Below, piece after piece: positions 45,362-55,408 of a DNA stretch of 64,000 bases (its first letter is position 1; every line of letters starts with the position of its first letter). The notes beneath the pieces are model-generated. The model saw only the letters and a list, made by a program, of their open reading frames with translations, was not told the DNA's origin and made no database searches. Made by a program: the position numbers and the translations under genes. Source of the stretch: Candidatus Caldarchaeales archaeon. GTDB taxonomy: Archaea > Thermoproteota > Nitrososphaeria_A > Caldarchaeales > Calditenuaceae. The stretch covers positions 32,001 to 96,000 of the forward strand of contig JBCNVM010000004.1 in the NCBI GenBank assembly GCA_039630085.1, in the 5' to 3' direction.

Positions 45362-45654
45362 AGTGGCTGACCCCTGACCCTCTTCTCTCCCTCGAGGACC
45401 AGGTCTCCTTCGACTATGCGCCGCGTGAGCTCGCCGAGGAGCTCGTCCACGGCCTCTCCGGAGATCCCCCTCGCCGCGAGGCTCGACTTAGAGTCCTCGT
45501 CCAGCTCGATGCCGACCGTCGGCCCACCTACCGTGTAGACCGCTATCCCGCTGAAGCCCACCTCGACCCCCGAGACCCTCGCCCTTCCCCTGAAGAGGCT
45601 GACCTTGCCCTCGGTCTCGACCGATTCGATCCTCACGTCCTCGACGGAGCCCAT
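45358..45654 (-). CDS. Hypothetical protein
   Basis: ATG start, overlaps the start of the downstream gene, genome-typical codon usage. Confidence 0.6.
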   Translation of the reverse strand: MGSVEDVRIESVETEGKVSLFRGRARVSGVEVGFSGIAVYTVGGPTVGIELDEDSKSSLAARGISGEAVDELLGELTRRIVEGDLVLEGEKRVRGQPL

Positions 45655-45758
45655 GCCGCGCCCCTCGAGCCCCGGGTAGATAACCCTGAACCGCGAGGGT
45701 CCTCAGCGCTCCCGCTACCCGTTTAAGTTGAGGTCGACCGGTGGCTCACCTCAGGGGA

Positions 45759-47483
45759 ATGAGGGCGCTGCAGCTGCACGTCGACTCGATCGAGTACGAG
45801 CCGATCGCGGTAGAGGGGCCGGTCCACGAGGAGGCGGAGAGGCGCGTCAGGAGGCACGAGGACCTCCTTGTGCTCTTCACGACCGTCGAGCGGGACGACG
45901 GCGAAGAGGTCGCGGACGAGATGGTGAGGCAGGTGAAGGAGGCGATGGACAGGCTCGGGGTAAGGAGGCTCCTGATCTACCCGTACGCTCACCTCAGCCC
46001 CGACCTCGCTCCGCCCTCGAGGGCCCTGGAGCTGATCAGGTTCATGGCCGAGCGCGCCGCGGGCCTCGGTATCGAGGTCCACAGGGCGCCCTTCGGGTGG
46101 AACAAGAGGTTCTCGGTCGAGGTGAAGGGCCACCCGCTCGCGGAGCAGTTGAGGGTCGTGACACGGGAGAGCGCCAGGAGGAGGGCGGAGCAGGCGCAGG
46201 TTCAACGGACCGAACAGAGAGTTGGGGCAGCTGCCGCGGTCGAGGTGAGGCAGGCGGAGCCCGTTCACATATCGCTGGGGAGGGAGCTGGACGTCTTCAG
46301 CGTCAACGAGAACGTCGGGCCGGGGCTGATCCTCTTCCATCCGAGGGGCTTCGTCATCAGGGACGAGCTGATCAGGCTGATCAGGGAGGTGAACAAGAGA
46401 CTGGGGTTCCAAGAGGTCTGGACGCCTCACCTCTTCAAGTCGACGCTCTGGTACAGGACTGGTCACTACGAGACCTTTAGGGACAGGATGTTCCACTTCA
46501 TGCTCGGCGACGAGGAGTACGTCCTGAAGCCGATGAACTGCCCGGGTCACGCGATGATCTACGCCAGCAGGCCGAGGAGCTACAGGGACCTCCCGGTGAA
46601 GCTCTCGGAGTTCGGGACCGTCTACAGGAACGAGCAGGCCGGCGAGCTTACCGGCCTCCTCAGGGTCAGGAGCATCACCCAGGACGACGGACACGTCTTC
46701 GCGAGGCCCGACCAAGTCGAGCGGGTGGTGACGGAAATACTCGGGGCGGCGTTCGACGTGCTGGAGATGACCCTCGGCGCGCGGCTCCACGTCAACCTCT
46801 CCACGAGACCGGAGAGGTTCATCGGCACGCCGGAGCTCTGGGACGTCGCCGAGTCAGACCTCAAGGCCGCACTCGACGCGGTCGGGGTGAGCTACCAGAT
46901 CAAGCACGGCGAGGGGGCCTTCTACGGCCCGAAGATAGACGTCGACGTCGAGGACTCGATAGGGAGGAGGTGGCAGTGCACGACCGTCCAGTTGGACTTC
47001 TTCATGCCCGAGAGGCTGGGGCTCGAGTACGTCGACCAGGACAACGTCAGGCGAAGGCCGGTGATGATACACAGGGCGATCCTCGGGAGTCTCGAGAGGT
47101 TCATCGGGATCCTCCTCGAGCACTACAACGGAAGGCTTCCGGTCTGGCTGACCCCGGTCCAAGTCGCGGTGCTCCCCGTCACCGAGGGTGATTCGGATTA
47201 CGCGCGGAGGGTCGCCGGGCTCCTCGAGGAGCGCGAAGTCAGGGCCGAGGTCTGGACAGAGGGTACGCTGGAGAGGAGGATAAGGGAGGCCCACAGGCAG
47301 AGGGTCTCCCTCGTCGCGATCGTGGGGAAGGCGGAGGCGAGCGAGGGGACGGTCTCGGTCAGGGACCACAGGGGCAAGGTCGCTAAGGGCGTCCGGGCCG
47401 AGGAGTTCGCGGAGTGGGTGGGATCGTTGGTCGCGGGGAGGGTCAGGAACGTCGGCGAGCTCGGGCCTCCGCTGCTGGGTTAA
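45759..47483 (+). CDS. thrS: Threonine--tRNA ligase with archaeal-type N-terminal editing domain
   Basis: Editing domain IYPYAHLS, RAPFGW, GHPLAE; catalytic KPMNCPGH, YRNE, QDDGH, AFYGPKID, HRAILGSLERF. Confidence 0.96.
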   Translation: MRALQLHVDSIEYEPIAVEGPVHEEAERRVRRHEDLLVLFTTVERDDGEEVADEMVRQVKEAMDRLGVRRLLIYPYAHLSPDLAPPSRALELIRFMAERAAGLGIEVHRAPFGWNKRFSVEVKGHPLAEQLRVVTRESARRRAEQAQVQRTEQRVGAAAAVEVRQAEPVHISLGRELDVFSVNENVGPGLILFHPRGFVIRDELIRLIREVNKRLGFQEVWTPHLFKSTLWYRTGHYETFRDRMFHFMLGDEEYVLKPMNCPGHAMIYASRPRSYRDLPVKLSEFGTVYRNEQAGELTGLLRVRSITQDDGHVFARPDQVERVVTEILGAAFDVLEMTLGARLHVNLSTRPERFIGTPELWDVAESDLKAALDAVGVSYQIKHGEGAFYGPKIDVDVEDSIGRRWQCTTVQLDFFMPERLGLEYVDQDNVRRRPVMIHRAILGSLERFIGILLEHYNGRLPVWLTPVQVAVLPVTEGDSDYARRVAGLLEEREVRAEVWTEGTLERRIREAHRQRVSLVAIVGKAEASEGTVSVRDHRGKVAKGVRAEEFAEWVGSLVAGRVRNVGELGPPLLG

Positions 47484-47504
47484 CCGTTTTTAGAGGGTCG
47501 GGAC

Positions 47505-48545
47505 GTGGTAGGTCGGTTGGAACCCGAGAGTTCCGAGGTCCTCCCTGAGGTCTGGAGGCTCAGGATACGGTCGAGCGCCGAGTACGTCGAGCACGTCAAC
47601 GCCTACCTCCTGAAGACCGGCGGCGGCTGGACGCTGATCGACACGGGCTTCCCGGACAGCTCCGCGCAGCTGATCAGGGAGGTCAGGAGTGTCACGGGAG
47701 GCTCGAGGCCGGACGAGGTCGTCCTGACGCACATCCACTACGACCACTCCGGAGGCTCGAGGGCCGTCGCGGAGGCCTTCGGGTGCGACGTCAGAATGCA
47801 TCCGGGCGACATCGGCGTGCTGGAGATGGTGAAGAGCGCGGTCCGCAGCGGTCATGGGTTCTTCGACCTGCTCGGAGTCGAGGGGAGGGTGAGGGAGCTG
47901 ATAAGGTCCTTCTTCGAGCGGAACGTCAGGCTCCTGCCGGAGTCGCTGAGGCCGGTGAACGAGGGCGAGAGGTTGGGCGGGAAGGGCAGCCCCTGGGTTG
48001 TCGTACACACGCCTGGGCACACGCCCGGCCACATTTGCGTCCTGAACTCGGAGACGAAGGCCCTGATCTCGGGCGACCACCTGCTCCCCAGGGAGACCTC
48101 GAACGTCCCCTTCTACCCCATGCCGGGGTACAGCTCGCTCCGCTCTTATCTCAGGTCCCTCGTGAAGGCCGAGTCGCTCGGGCCCTCCGTCGTCCTTCCG
48201 GCCCACGGCGAGCCGTTCTCGGACGTGACCGCGAGGGTCGACTTCCTCTTCGAGCATCACAGAAGGAGGCTCGGGGAGGCGCTCGAGGCGATGGACGGCT
48301 GGGTGGACGCGATCGGCCTCGCCGGGAGCCTCACGTGGTCCAGAGGCAGATTCGAGGAGCTTGGCCCGGTCGACACCTGGCTAGCAGTCCTCGAGGCGCT
48401 CTCCCACGCCGAGTTCCTGGTCGAGATCGGGGCCGCGCTGCCCTCCGCGAGGGGCAGGCTATCCTACAGGGCGGTCTCCAAGGACTTCGGGGCGATTGAG
48501 GGGGAGCTGACCAAGCTGAGGCTCTCACGGGCTGCCGGGACCTGA
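47505..48545 (+). CDS. MBL-fold metallo-hydrolase
   Basis: THIHYDHSGG, TPGHTPGH, SGDH, PAHG. Confidence 0.9.
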   Translation: MVGRLEPESSEVLPEVWRLRIRSSAEYVEHVNAYLLKTGGGWTLIDTGFPDSSAQLIREVRSVTGGSRPDEVVLTHIHYDHSGGSRAVAEAFGCDVRMHPGDIGVLEMVKSAVRSGHGFFDLLGVEGRVRELIRSFFERNVRLLPESLRPVNEGERLGGKGSPWVVVHTPGHTPGHICVLNSETKALISGDHLLPRETSNVPFYPMPGYSSLRSYLRSLVKAESLGPSVVLPAHGEPFSDVTARVDFLFEHHRRRLGEALEAMDGWVDAIGLAGSLTWSRGRFEELGPVDTWLAVLEALSHAEFLVEIGAALPSARGRLSYRAVSKDFGAIEGELTKLRLSRAAGT

Positions 48546-49736
48546 GAGGGCCCTCGCAAGCCTCGCGAACTTCCTCACGCCCTCGACGAGCACGTCCAGC
48601 GGTTTGGTGATGCTCAGCCTGACGTGTCCCTCCCCTCCGGGACCGAACGTGCTCCCCGGGACCGCGACGACCTTCTCGCGCTCCAGCAGCCTCAGGCAGA
48701 ATTCGTTGTCGTCGAGCGGGCCCGGCAGCCTCGGGAAGAGGTAGAGCGCGCCGGACGGCGGTGCGACCTCGATCCCGGACTCGGTCAGGGCCCTGACGGC
48801 CGCGTCCCTCCTCCTCCGGTACTCCTCCCTGTTCCTCCGCACGAACTCCTTCACCTCATCACTCCCGAGGACCTCGAGGATCGCGTGCTGCGCGAAGACC
48901 GGTGGACAGGTGTGCCCGTAGAGGAGGACCTTGCCGATCCTCTCCGTTAGCTCAGACGGTGCGATCAGGTATCCGAGCCTCCATCCGGTGACCGCCAGCG
49001 TCTTCGAGAAGCTGTTGGCTATCAGGACCCTCCCGTGGACGTCGAGGAACTCGGCGGCGCTGACGAACTCGCCGTCGTACACGAACTCCTCGTAGACCTC
49101 GTCGGAGAGGACGTAGGCGCCGACCTCCCTCGCGGCCTCGATCACCTCCGCCATCTCCCTCCTCCCGTATACCGCGCCCGTCGGGTTCGAGGGCGAGTTG
49201 ACCACGACGACCTTCGTCGACCCGGTGATGGCAGACCTCACGGCCCCAAGCTCAGGGACGTACCTCCTCGAGGGAGAGGTCCTCACGAACCTGACCCTCG
49301 CCCCGAGCATCGTCGCGACCGCGGCGTACGTCGGGAAAGCCGGGGAGAAGACCACGACCTCGTCGCCGCGCTCGAGGACCGAGGCCATGGCTGCGAAGAT
49401 CGCGTTCTGCGCGCCCAGCGTGACGAATACGTTATCGGGGGCGACATCTATTCCCCTCTCCCCGTAGCTCCCGGCGATCCTCTCCCTCAGCTCGCGGATC
49501 CCTGCGACCGGGCCGTACTTGTTCCTCCCGGCCCTGATCTGCCTGCACGCGGCCTCGACGAGGGACCTCGGGGCGTCGCAGTCGGGCTCGCCCACGCTGA
49601 GGTTGATCGCGCCCTCGATCCTCGTCGCCAGCTCGAAGAGGTCCTCTATCCTCGAGGTCCCCACGGAGTCGAGGCCGTCGGCGAGGGTCACGGGGCGGAG
49701 GGCTGTCTTCGGCGTAAAAACGGTATCGCGGGTCAA
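48525..49736 (-). CDS. PLP-dependent aminotransferase class I/II (start uncertain)
   Basis: VGEPD, NSPSNPTG, SDEVY, SFSKTLAVTGWRLG. Confidence 0.93.
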   Translation of the reverse strand: MTRDTVFTPKTALRPVTLADGLDSVGTSRIEDLFELATRIEGAINLSVGEPDCDAPRSLVEAACRQIRAGRNKYGPVAGIRELRERIAGSYGERGIDVAPDNVFVTLGAQNAIFAAMASVLERGDEVVVFSPAFPTYAAVATMLGARVRFVRTSPSRRYVPELGAVRSAITGSTKVVVVNSPSNPTGAVYGRREMAEVIEAAREVGAYVLSDEVYEEFVYDGEFVSAAEFLDVHGRVLIANSFSKTLAVTGWRLGYLIAPSELTERIGKVLLYGHTCPPVFAQHAILEVLGSDEVKEFVRRNREEYRRRRDAAVRALTESGIEVAPPSGALYLFPRLPGPLDDNEFCLRLLEREKVVAVPGSTFGPGGEGHVRLSITKPLDVLVEGVRKFARLARALSGPGSP

Positions 49737-49768
49737 CCGATATCAGAGGCCGAGGAGTCCGGATCTCG

Positions 49769-50092
49769 ATGGTCAGGTACAGGGTCCTCCTCTTTGTTCA
49801 AGGGAAGGGCTGGGTCTCGGGCAGCGAGCACGCAAGCATGCCCGAGTGCTTCGGGGAAAGGGAGGCGGCGGTCAACCACGCGGCCTGGCTGATCGTCTCT
49901 GCCGTGAAGGCCTCCGAATGGCCCTACGGCTCCAGGGCTGGCGACTTCGTAGCGTTCAGGGTCGTCGAGGAGGAGGGCGAGTGCGGCGAGGCGGCCGATA
50001 GTGCCCCGAGGACCTTCTCGGAGCTGAGGCACCACTTCTTCAGGCGCGGCGATGTCTACTCCCTGTACAAGTCCTGGAGCTGGCCGGATTAG
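49769..50092 (+). CDS. Hypothetical protein
   Basis: ATG start; stop directly abuts the ROK start; Trp-rich C-terminus YKSWSWPD. Confidence 0.65.
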   Translation: MVRYRVLLFVQGKGWVSGSEHASMPECFGEREAAVNHAAWLIVSAVKASEWPYGSRAGDFVAFRVVEEEGECGEAADSAPRTFSELRHHFFRRGDVYSLYKSWSWPD

Positions 50093-51085
50093 GTGGAAGG
50101 GTTGGAGGCCGTCCTCTCGGTCGACGTGGGCGCGACGTGGCTGAGGGCCGCGCTCGTTGACCCGGAGACTCTGAGTGTCCTGAAGCTGGTGAGGAAGCCC
50201 ACTCCGCAGTCTGGCAGGAGGGAATCGATCTCGGGTGCGCTGAGGGACGCGGTGAGGGAGGCGGTCGCGGGGAATAGGGTGAGGAGGTCGGCAGGCGTCG
50301 CGACGATCGGTCCGCTCGACGCCAAGAGGGGCGTGATACTGAGGGCGCCGAACGTCGCGGGGAGGCCTGAGATGGTCGACGTGGTCGGGCCGGTGATCGA
50401 GGCCGGAGGAGTCGAGGAGGTGTTCGTCCTGAACGACTGCAACGCCGCGGCGATCGCGGAGTGGATGGCGAGGAGGCCTAGGGGGATCGAGGACCTGCTC
50501 TACGTCACCGTGAGCACCGGCATCGGAGCGGGCTGCGTCCTCTCCTCTAAGCCGCTCTTGGGGAGGAGGGGGAACGCGATGGAGCTGGGCCACGTCGTCG
50601 TCGACCCCTCGGGTTACATGGGCTGCGGCTGCGGCGGGAGGGGGCACTGGGAGGCCTACGCGTCCGGCGGGAACATGCTCTCCTTCGCGAGGAGGCTCCT
50701 CGAGGACGGGCTGATACCTAGGTCGTCGGCCCTCGCCGAGTATCTGGCGTCCGGTGGCCGGGACCCGTCGGAGGCCTTCAGGCTCCACCGCTCCGGCGAC
50801 AGGGGGGCCGCCGAGCTCTTCGCGAGGCTCGCGGAATTCCACGCTGCCGGCGTGGCCTCAGCGGTCAACGCCCTCGACCCAGAGGTCCTCGTCCTGGGCG
50901 GCTCGGTCTACCTCTCGAACAAGGATTTCTTCGTGGGCTCGGTGATCCCCAGGCTGGACTCCTACCTCATCCTCGAGGCCCCCGCCGTTGAGGACCCTGC
51001 CTTCGGGGAGCACTCGCCGGTCGTGGGCGCAGCTGTCGCGGCGCTGCTCGGGATCGAGGAGGCGAGGGCGGGGCAGAGGCGATAA
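50093..51085 (+). CDS. ROK-family sugar kinase (glucokinase-like)
   Basis: DVGAT, NDCNAAA..E, STGIG, ELGH, CGCG..GHWE. Confidence 0.9.
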   Translation: MEGLEAVLSVDVGATWLRAALVDPETLSVLKLVRKPTPQSGRRESISGALRDAVREAVAGNRVRRSAGVATIGPLDAKRGVILRAPNVAGRPEMVDVVGPVIEAGGVEEVFVLNDCNAAAIAEWMARRPRGIEDLLYVTVSTGIGAGCVLSSKPLLGRRGNAMELGHVVVDPSGYMGCGCGGRGHWEAYASGGNMLSFARRLLEDGLIPRSSALAEYLASGGRDPSEAFRLHRSGDRGAAELFARLAEFHAAGVASAVNALDPEVLVLGGSVYLSNKDFFVGSVIPRLDSYLILEAPAVEDPAFGEHSPVVGAAVAALLGIEEARAGQRR

Positions 51086-51141
51086 CCGCTGGAGGTCTCT
51101 CTTATTACCACGCTCGAGGACCGAGGCCTAGGAGGCGGGAG

Positions 51142-52953
51142 ATGGACGGGGAGCCGAGGAGGATCGTTCCGGACACCAGCGTCCTGATCAACAGGGTCCT
51201 CTCGAGGATGATCGAGTCCGGCGAGCTGAGGGACGCGGAGATCATCGTGCCCGTCCCGGCCCTCGACGAGCTCCAGGCCCAGGCCTCGAGGGGGAGGGGG
51301 GAGGGGTTCGTCGGGCTCGAGGAGATCAAGAGGATCAGGGAGCTGGGGCAGTCGGCATCGGTCACCGTGAGGTTCGCGGGCGAGAGGCCGACGCTCGAGG
51401 AGATCAGGCTCGCGAGGGGAGGCAGGATCGACGCGCTGATCAGGGACGTAGCGAAGCGTGAGGGCGCGGTCCTCTATACCTCGGACTACGTCCAGGCGCT
51501 GGTCGCGGAGGCAGAGGGCGTGAAGGCGGTCCACGTCCCTTGGAGGCCTGAGGTCGGCGAGCTCTCGGTGACGAGGCTTGTGACGCCCGACACGATCAGC
51601 CTTCACCTCAAGGTCGGGGCGCCACCGATGGCGAAGAGGGGCAGACCGGGCTCAGTCCAGCTGGTCAGGCTGAGGGAGGAGCCGCTCTCGCTGGAGGAGG
51701 TCCAGGCCTACGTCGACGAGCTGATGTGGGCCCTGAAGAACTCGAAGGAGGGTTACGTGGAGATCGTGCGGCAGGGCGCGATGGTAGCGCAGCTCGGGGA
51801 CCTCAGGATAGCGGTCGCCAAGCCGCCCTTCAGCGACGAGCTGGAGCTGACGGTCGTAAGGCCTCTGGTGAGGATGAAGCTCGAGGACTACAACCTGAGC
51901 GAGAGGCTGATCGCGAGGCTCTCGAAGAGGGCTGAGGGCATCCTGATCGCGGGCCCGCCGGGGTCCGGCAAGACCACCTTCGCCTCCTCCCTCGCCGAGT
52001 TCTACTCCGGACTGGGGAAGGTCGTCAAGACCCTCGAGTCCCCGAGGGACCTCCTCGTCGGACCGGAGATAACACAGTACGGGCCACTGGAGGGCGACTT
52101 CGAGAAGACCGCGGAGGTCCTGCTGCTGGTCAGGCCGGACTACACGATCTTCGACGAGATGCGGAGGCCGAGGGACTTCCAGGTCTTCATCGACATGAGG
52201 CTCGCGGGTGTCGGGATGGTCGGGGTGATCCACGCGAGCGACCCCATCGACGCGATCCAGCGCTTCCTCGAGCGGACCGAGCTCGGGACTCTGCCCCACA
52301 TCGTCGACACGGTGATCTTCCTAAAGGACGGCAGGGTCGAGAAGGTCCTTGAGCTGTCCCTGACCGTCAGGCTCCCGAAAGGGATGAGGAACGAGGACCT
52401 CGTCAGGCCGCTGGTGGAGGTTAGGGACTTCGAGTCCGGCGAGCTCGAGTACGAGATCTACACGTTCGGGGAGGAGCGGGTCGTAGTCTCGCTCAAGCCG
52501 CGGGGCGTGGAGGAGGCCGTCTCCAAGGTCGAGGAGCTGCTGAGGGGCGCGGGCTTGGAGGGCTTCAGGCTCGAGACCTCTCCGGAGGGGACGATCACGG
52601 TCATGGTCGACAGGGCCCACCTCAAGGCGGCGGGCAGGTCCCTCGGTAGGTCGCTGAAGGAGGTCGAGAGGGGTCACGGCGTCAGGGTCAAGGTCGTCCC
52701 GTTCCCCGACGCGGTCGGCGAGGAGGTCGAGTGCTTGGTCAGCGACGCCGGTCCCTCGATCGTCCTGACCGTGAAGGGCGTCGAGGCGGGCAAGCCCGTG
52801 AGCGTATACGTCGAGGGAGAGTACCTCCTCACCGCGACCGTCGGGAAGAGGGGGAAGGTCAAGGTCTCGAAGGGGACCGAGGCGGGGAAGGCGCTCCTCT
52901 CGGCCGTAGCCGAGGGCAAGAGGATCAGGACTTTCCTGCCCAAGCTAAGCTAA
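51142..52953 (+). CDS. PIN-domain ATPase (PINA, Holliday-junction branch-migration ATPase family)
   Basis: PDTSV PIN domain, GPPGSGKTT, ESPRDL, LLVRPDYTIFDE, DMRLAGVG, C-terminal KH-like region. Confidence 0.9.
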   Translation: MDGEPRRIVPDTSVLINRVLSRMIESGELRDAEIIVPVPALDELQAQASRGRGEGFVGLEEIKRIRELGQSASVTVRFAGERPTLEEIRLARGGRIDALIRDVAKREGAVLYTSDYVQALVAEAEGVKAVHVPWRPEVGELSVTRLVTPDTISLHLKVGAPPMAKRGRPGSVQLVRLREEPLSLEEVQAYVDELMWALKNSKEGYVEIVRQGAMVAQLGDLRIAVAKPPFSDELELTVVRPLVRMKLEDYNLSERLIARLSKRAEGILIAGPPGSGKTTFASSLAEFYSGLGKVVKTLESPRDLLVGPEITQYGPLEGDFEKTAEVLLLVRPDYTIFDEMRRPRDFQVFIDMRLAGVGMVGVIHASDPIDAIQRFLERTELGTLPHIVDTVIFLKDGRVEKVLELSLTVRLPKGMRNEDLVRPLVEVRDFESGELEYEIYTFGEERVVVSLKPRGVEEAVSKVEELLRGAGLEGFRLETSPEGTITVMVDRAHLKAAGRSLGRSLKEVERGHGVRVKVVPFPDAVGEEVECLVSDAGPSIVLTVKGVEAGKPVSVYVEGEYLLTATVGKRGKVKVSKGTEAGKALLSAVAEGKRIRTFLPKLS

Positions 52954-53393
52954 CGGCTCCTCAGCTCCAACAGCCGCTTCCTGGCGCCCGAGACCGCGAC
53001 CTCGTCATACACCGAAAGCGCCGATGAGGCGATGCCAGCGGCGAGGACGGCCAAGTTCGCGGAGATCAGGACCCCGAATAGGATTCCCAGGGTCAGGCCG
53101 ACCGCGGCCCCGATCAGGTGGCCTCCCAGCGACCTCGTGAGCACCGCGACCGACGCGATGACCGCCGACGCCACGGCAAGGCTCCAGTAGGGGACCGAGG
53201 AGGCTGCGGCCGCGAGGCCCGACGCGAGGAGGAGCGCTGCGGAGGCGTATGCGAAAGCCGGCGAAGGCTTCGGGAGCCTCTCCTCCACCGGGACCAAGGT
53301 GAACTGCCTGCCGCACCTCGGGCAGACGGCCTTCCAGGCCTGGAGCCTCACCTCGAGGTCGCAGTCCGTGCACCGGTAGAGCTTCGTCCTCAA
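52950..53393 (-). CDS. Zn-ribbon + membrane hypothetical protein
   Basis: CTDC...CPRC followed by about 4 TM segments; start placed at TTG 53393, about 25 nt after TTTAA. Confidence 0.65.
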   Translation of the reverse strand: MRTKLYRCTDCDLEVRLQAWKAVCPRCGRQFTLVPVEERLPKPSPAFAYASAALLLASGLAAAASSVPYWSLAVASAVIASVAVLTRSLGGHLIGAAVGLTLGILFGVLISANLAVLAAGIASSALSVYDEVAVSGARKRLLELRSR

Positions 53394-53503
53394 CGCCCCG
53401 CGATCTTCTACCGGGCTCTTAAACGTGGTCCCGCGCCTGATGCGCAAGGGAGAAACCCCGAGCCAGCTATCAGGTTATATCCACGAGGAGAGAAGGGTCC
53501 GCG

Positions 53504-54115
53504 ATGTCGGCGCCGGTGACGCTCGAGGGCCTGATCGAGGAGATCGTCTCGGAGGCCCTGATCGTCTACGAGTCCAAGATCGACGAGGCGGGGAAGAGGG
53601 TCCTGGAGAGGCTCGAGAGGGAGGGCGCGAGGCTCCTCGAGGAGCTCAGGTCGGAGCTCGAGCGGATCGGCAGGGAGGTTGAGTCCGAGAGGATGAGGAG
53701 GATCGGACAGCTGGAGCTCGAGGCGAGGAGAGCATACCTCGAGGAGATGGAGAGGATGGTCGACGCGGCCTTCAGGGACGCGGTTGAGCGGGTGAGGTCG
53801 ATGAGGGGCTCGAAGGAGTACAGGGAGTTCCTCAAGAGGAGCCTCTCCGATGCCGTCGAGTCGCTCGGGACGGGGGAGGTCGTCGTCGAGACCTGCGCGG
53901 AGGACATGGACGCTGTCAGGTCGATCTCAAAGGAGCTCTCGAAGGAGAAGGGCGTGAAAGTGAAAATCTCGGATAAACCGATACCCGCGATCGGGGGCAT
54001 AAGGGCCTCGAGGTCCGACGGCAGTATGGTGATAGACTCGACCCTGGATTACAGGCTGAAGAGGGCCGAGGAGCAGCTCAGGTCGATCGTCGTCAGGGCG
54101 CTGAGCGGACAGTAG
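53504..54115 (+). CDS. atpE: A/V-type ATP synthase subunit E
   Basis: Long N-terminal coiled coil; C-terminal IGGI...DGSMVIDSTL..RL. Confidence 0.85.
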   Translation: MSAPVTLEGLIEEIVSEALIVYESKIDEAGKRVLERLEREGARLLEELRSELERIGREVESERMRRIGQLELEARRAYLEEMERMVDAAFRDAVERVRSMRGSKEYREFLKRSLSDAVESLGTGEVVVETCAEDMDAVRSISKELSKEKGVKVKISDKPIPAIGGIRASRSDGSMVIDSTLDYRLKRAEEQLRSIVVRALSGQ

Positions 54116-54119
54116 CCGG

Positions 54120-54587
54120 TCAGATCTCCGGGCGCGAGTTGAACTTCACCCATTCCGAGACCCTGAACTCGTTCGCCCTGTAGTCGGACCTGTACGGCTT
54201 GATGTCGAGCACCGGCGTCCCGTCGAAGAGGTCGAGGCCCTCGACGTGGAGAAGCCTTCCCTCCCTCCTCACAAGCCTGACCAGGGTCAGCGCGATCGGG
54301 TTCGGCCTGACAGGCGAGTCGGTTGCGAAGACACCTAGCTCCGGTAGCTCCTCCTCCCTGAAGCCCTTCCTGAGGAGCCTCCTCGGCTTGACCCTGAGGA
54401 GCCTCTGCCGGACCCTGTCCAGATAGGCGATCAGGAAGAGATGCGTGTACCCCTCGATCCCGTCGAGTGCCTCCTCGAACTCCGGGAAGACCTCGACGAC
54501 CCCCCGCAGCTCCCCTGACCTCTCCCTGACCTCCTCCTCGGAAGCATCGACCCTCACAACGCCGACGGCCCTGAGGGTGAACTCCAC
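54120..54587 (-). CDS. trmO: tRNA m6t6A37 methyltransferase TrmO/TsaA family
   Basis: GVFATDSPVRPNPI, GLDLFDGTPVLDIKPY. Confidence 0.9.
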   Translation of the reverse strand: MEFTLRAVGVVRVDASEEEVRERSGELRGVVEVFPEFEEALDGIEGYTHLFLIAYLDRVRQRLLRVKPRRLLRKGFREEELPELGVFATDSPVRPNPIALTLVRLVRREGRLLHVEGLDLFDGTPVLDIKPYRSDYRANEFRVSEWVKFNSRPEI

Positions 54588-54631
54588 GCCTGACCTCCTG
54601 GGACCCCTCTTATCACCGTGAGCTCAACGGG

Positions 54632-55408
54632 TCACATCGGCCTCCTCAGCCTGCGGTGGAGCATCAGGAAGACGACGGAGCCGTGGACCAAGGGCGTCAG
54701 CCAGAGGAGGAGGGCCTCGGTCCAGGTGAGGCTGACGAGGCCCGCGGCCGCCTGCATCAGCCTCGCGGGAGAAGTGGTAGGGGAGACGAACGCCAAGTAC
54801 CTCAGCTCGGGCCACGGAATCCTCTCGAGCGGGTAGAAGACCGGAGGCAGGTAGGAGAAGACGCCGGTGAAGATCGGCGAGTACACCCAGAGGTCCCTGA
54901 TGTCCCGGGCGAACGTGCTGATGTAGTAGCCTATCATCGAGACGATCGCCCACGTCGCCGCCAACGCCCCGAAGAAAACAGCCCAGCTCCAGAGCTGGTT
55001 AACCCCCGCGAGGGCCCAGAGCAGGACTCCGAAGACCAGCATCCCCGGGAGCGCGTTGATCAGGTTCCCGAGCGCCAGCCCCACCGCGTAGGGTATCAGG
55101 CCTCCCTTGGTCAGGACGAACATCGACTCGATCTTCAGGATCAGCCTGTTGAAGGCCGCGTCCGACTCCATCGTGATCGAGTTGGCAACGACGATCGAGG
55201 TCATCCCGCCTATCAGGGCGTAGGGCACGATCTCCCGTATCCCGTAGACCGAGAGGAAGAGGAGGAAGGCCATCGGCGCCAGCATCGGCGAGAGCGACCA
55301 GAGGGGGTTCTGCTTGAACGGGATCACCCCGAATAGCATCGTCGATGCGTAGACGGACTTCAGGAAGGAGACCAGGCCCTCAGCGAGCCTCCTCCTCAAC
55401 GTGACCAC
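54632..55408 (-). CDS. ABC-2-type exporter permease
   Basis: 6 TM segments; PPVFYP...P motif. Confidence 0.8.
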   Translation of the reverse strand: MVTLRRRLAEGLVSFLKSVYASTMLFGVIPFKQNPLWSLSPMLAPMAFLLFLSVYGIREIVPYALIGGMTSIVVANSITMESDAAFNRLILKIESMFVLTKGGLIPYAVGLALGNLINALPGMLVFGVLLWALAGVNQLWSWAVFFGALAATWAIVSMIGYYISTFARDIRDLWVYSPIFTGVFSYLPPVFYPLERIPWPELRYLAFVSPTTSPARLMQAAAGLVSLTWTEALLLWLTPLVHGSVVFLMLHRRLRRPM

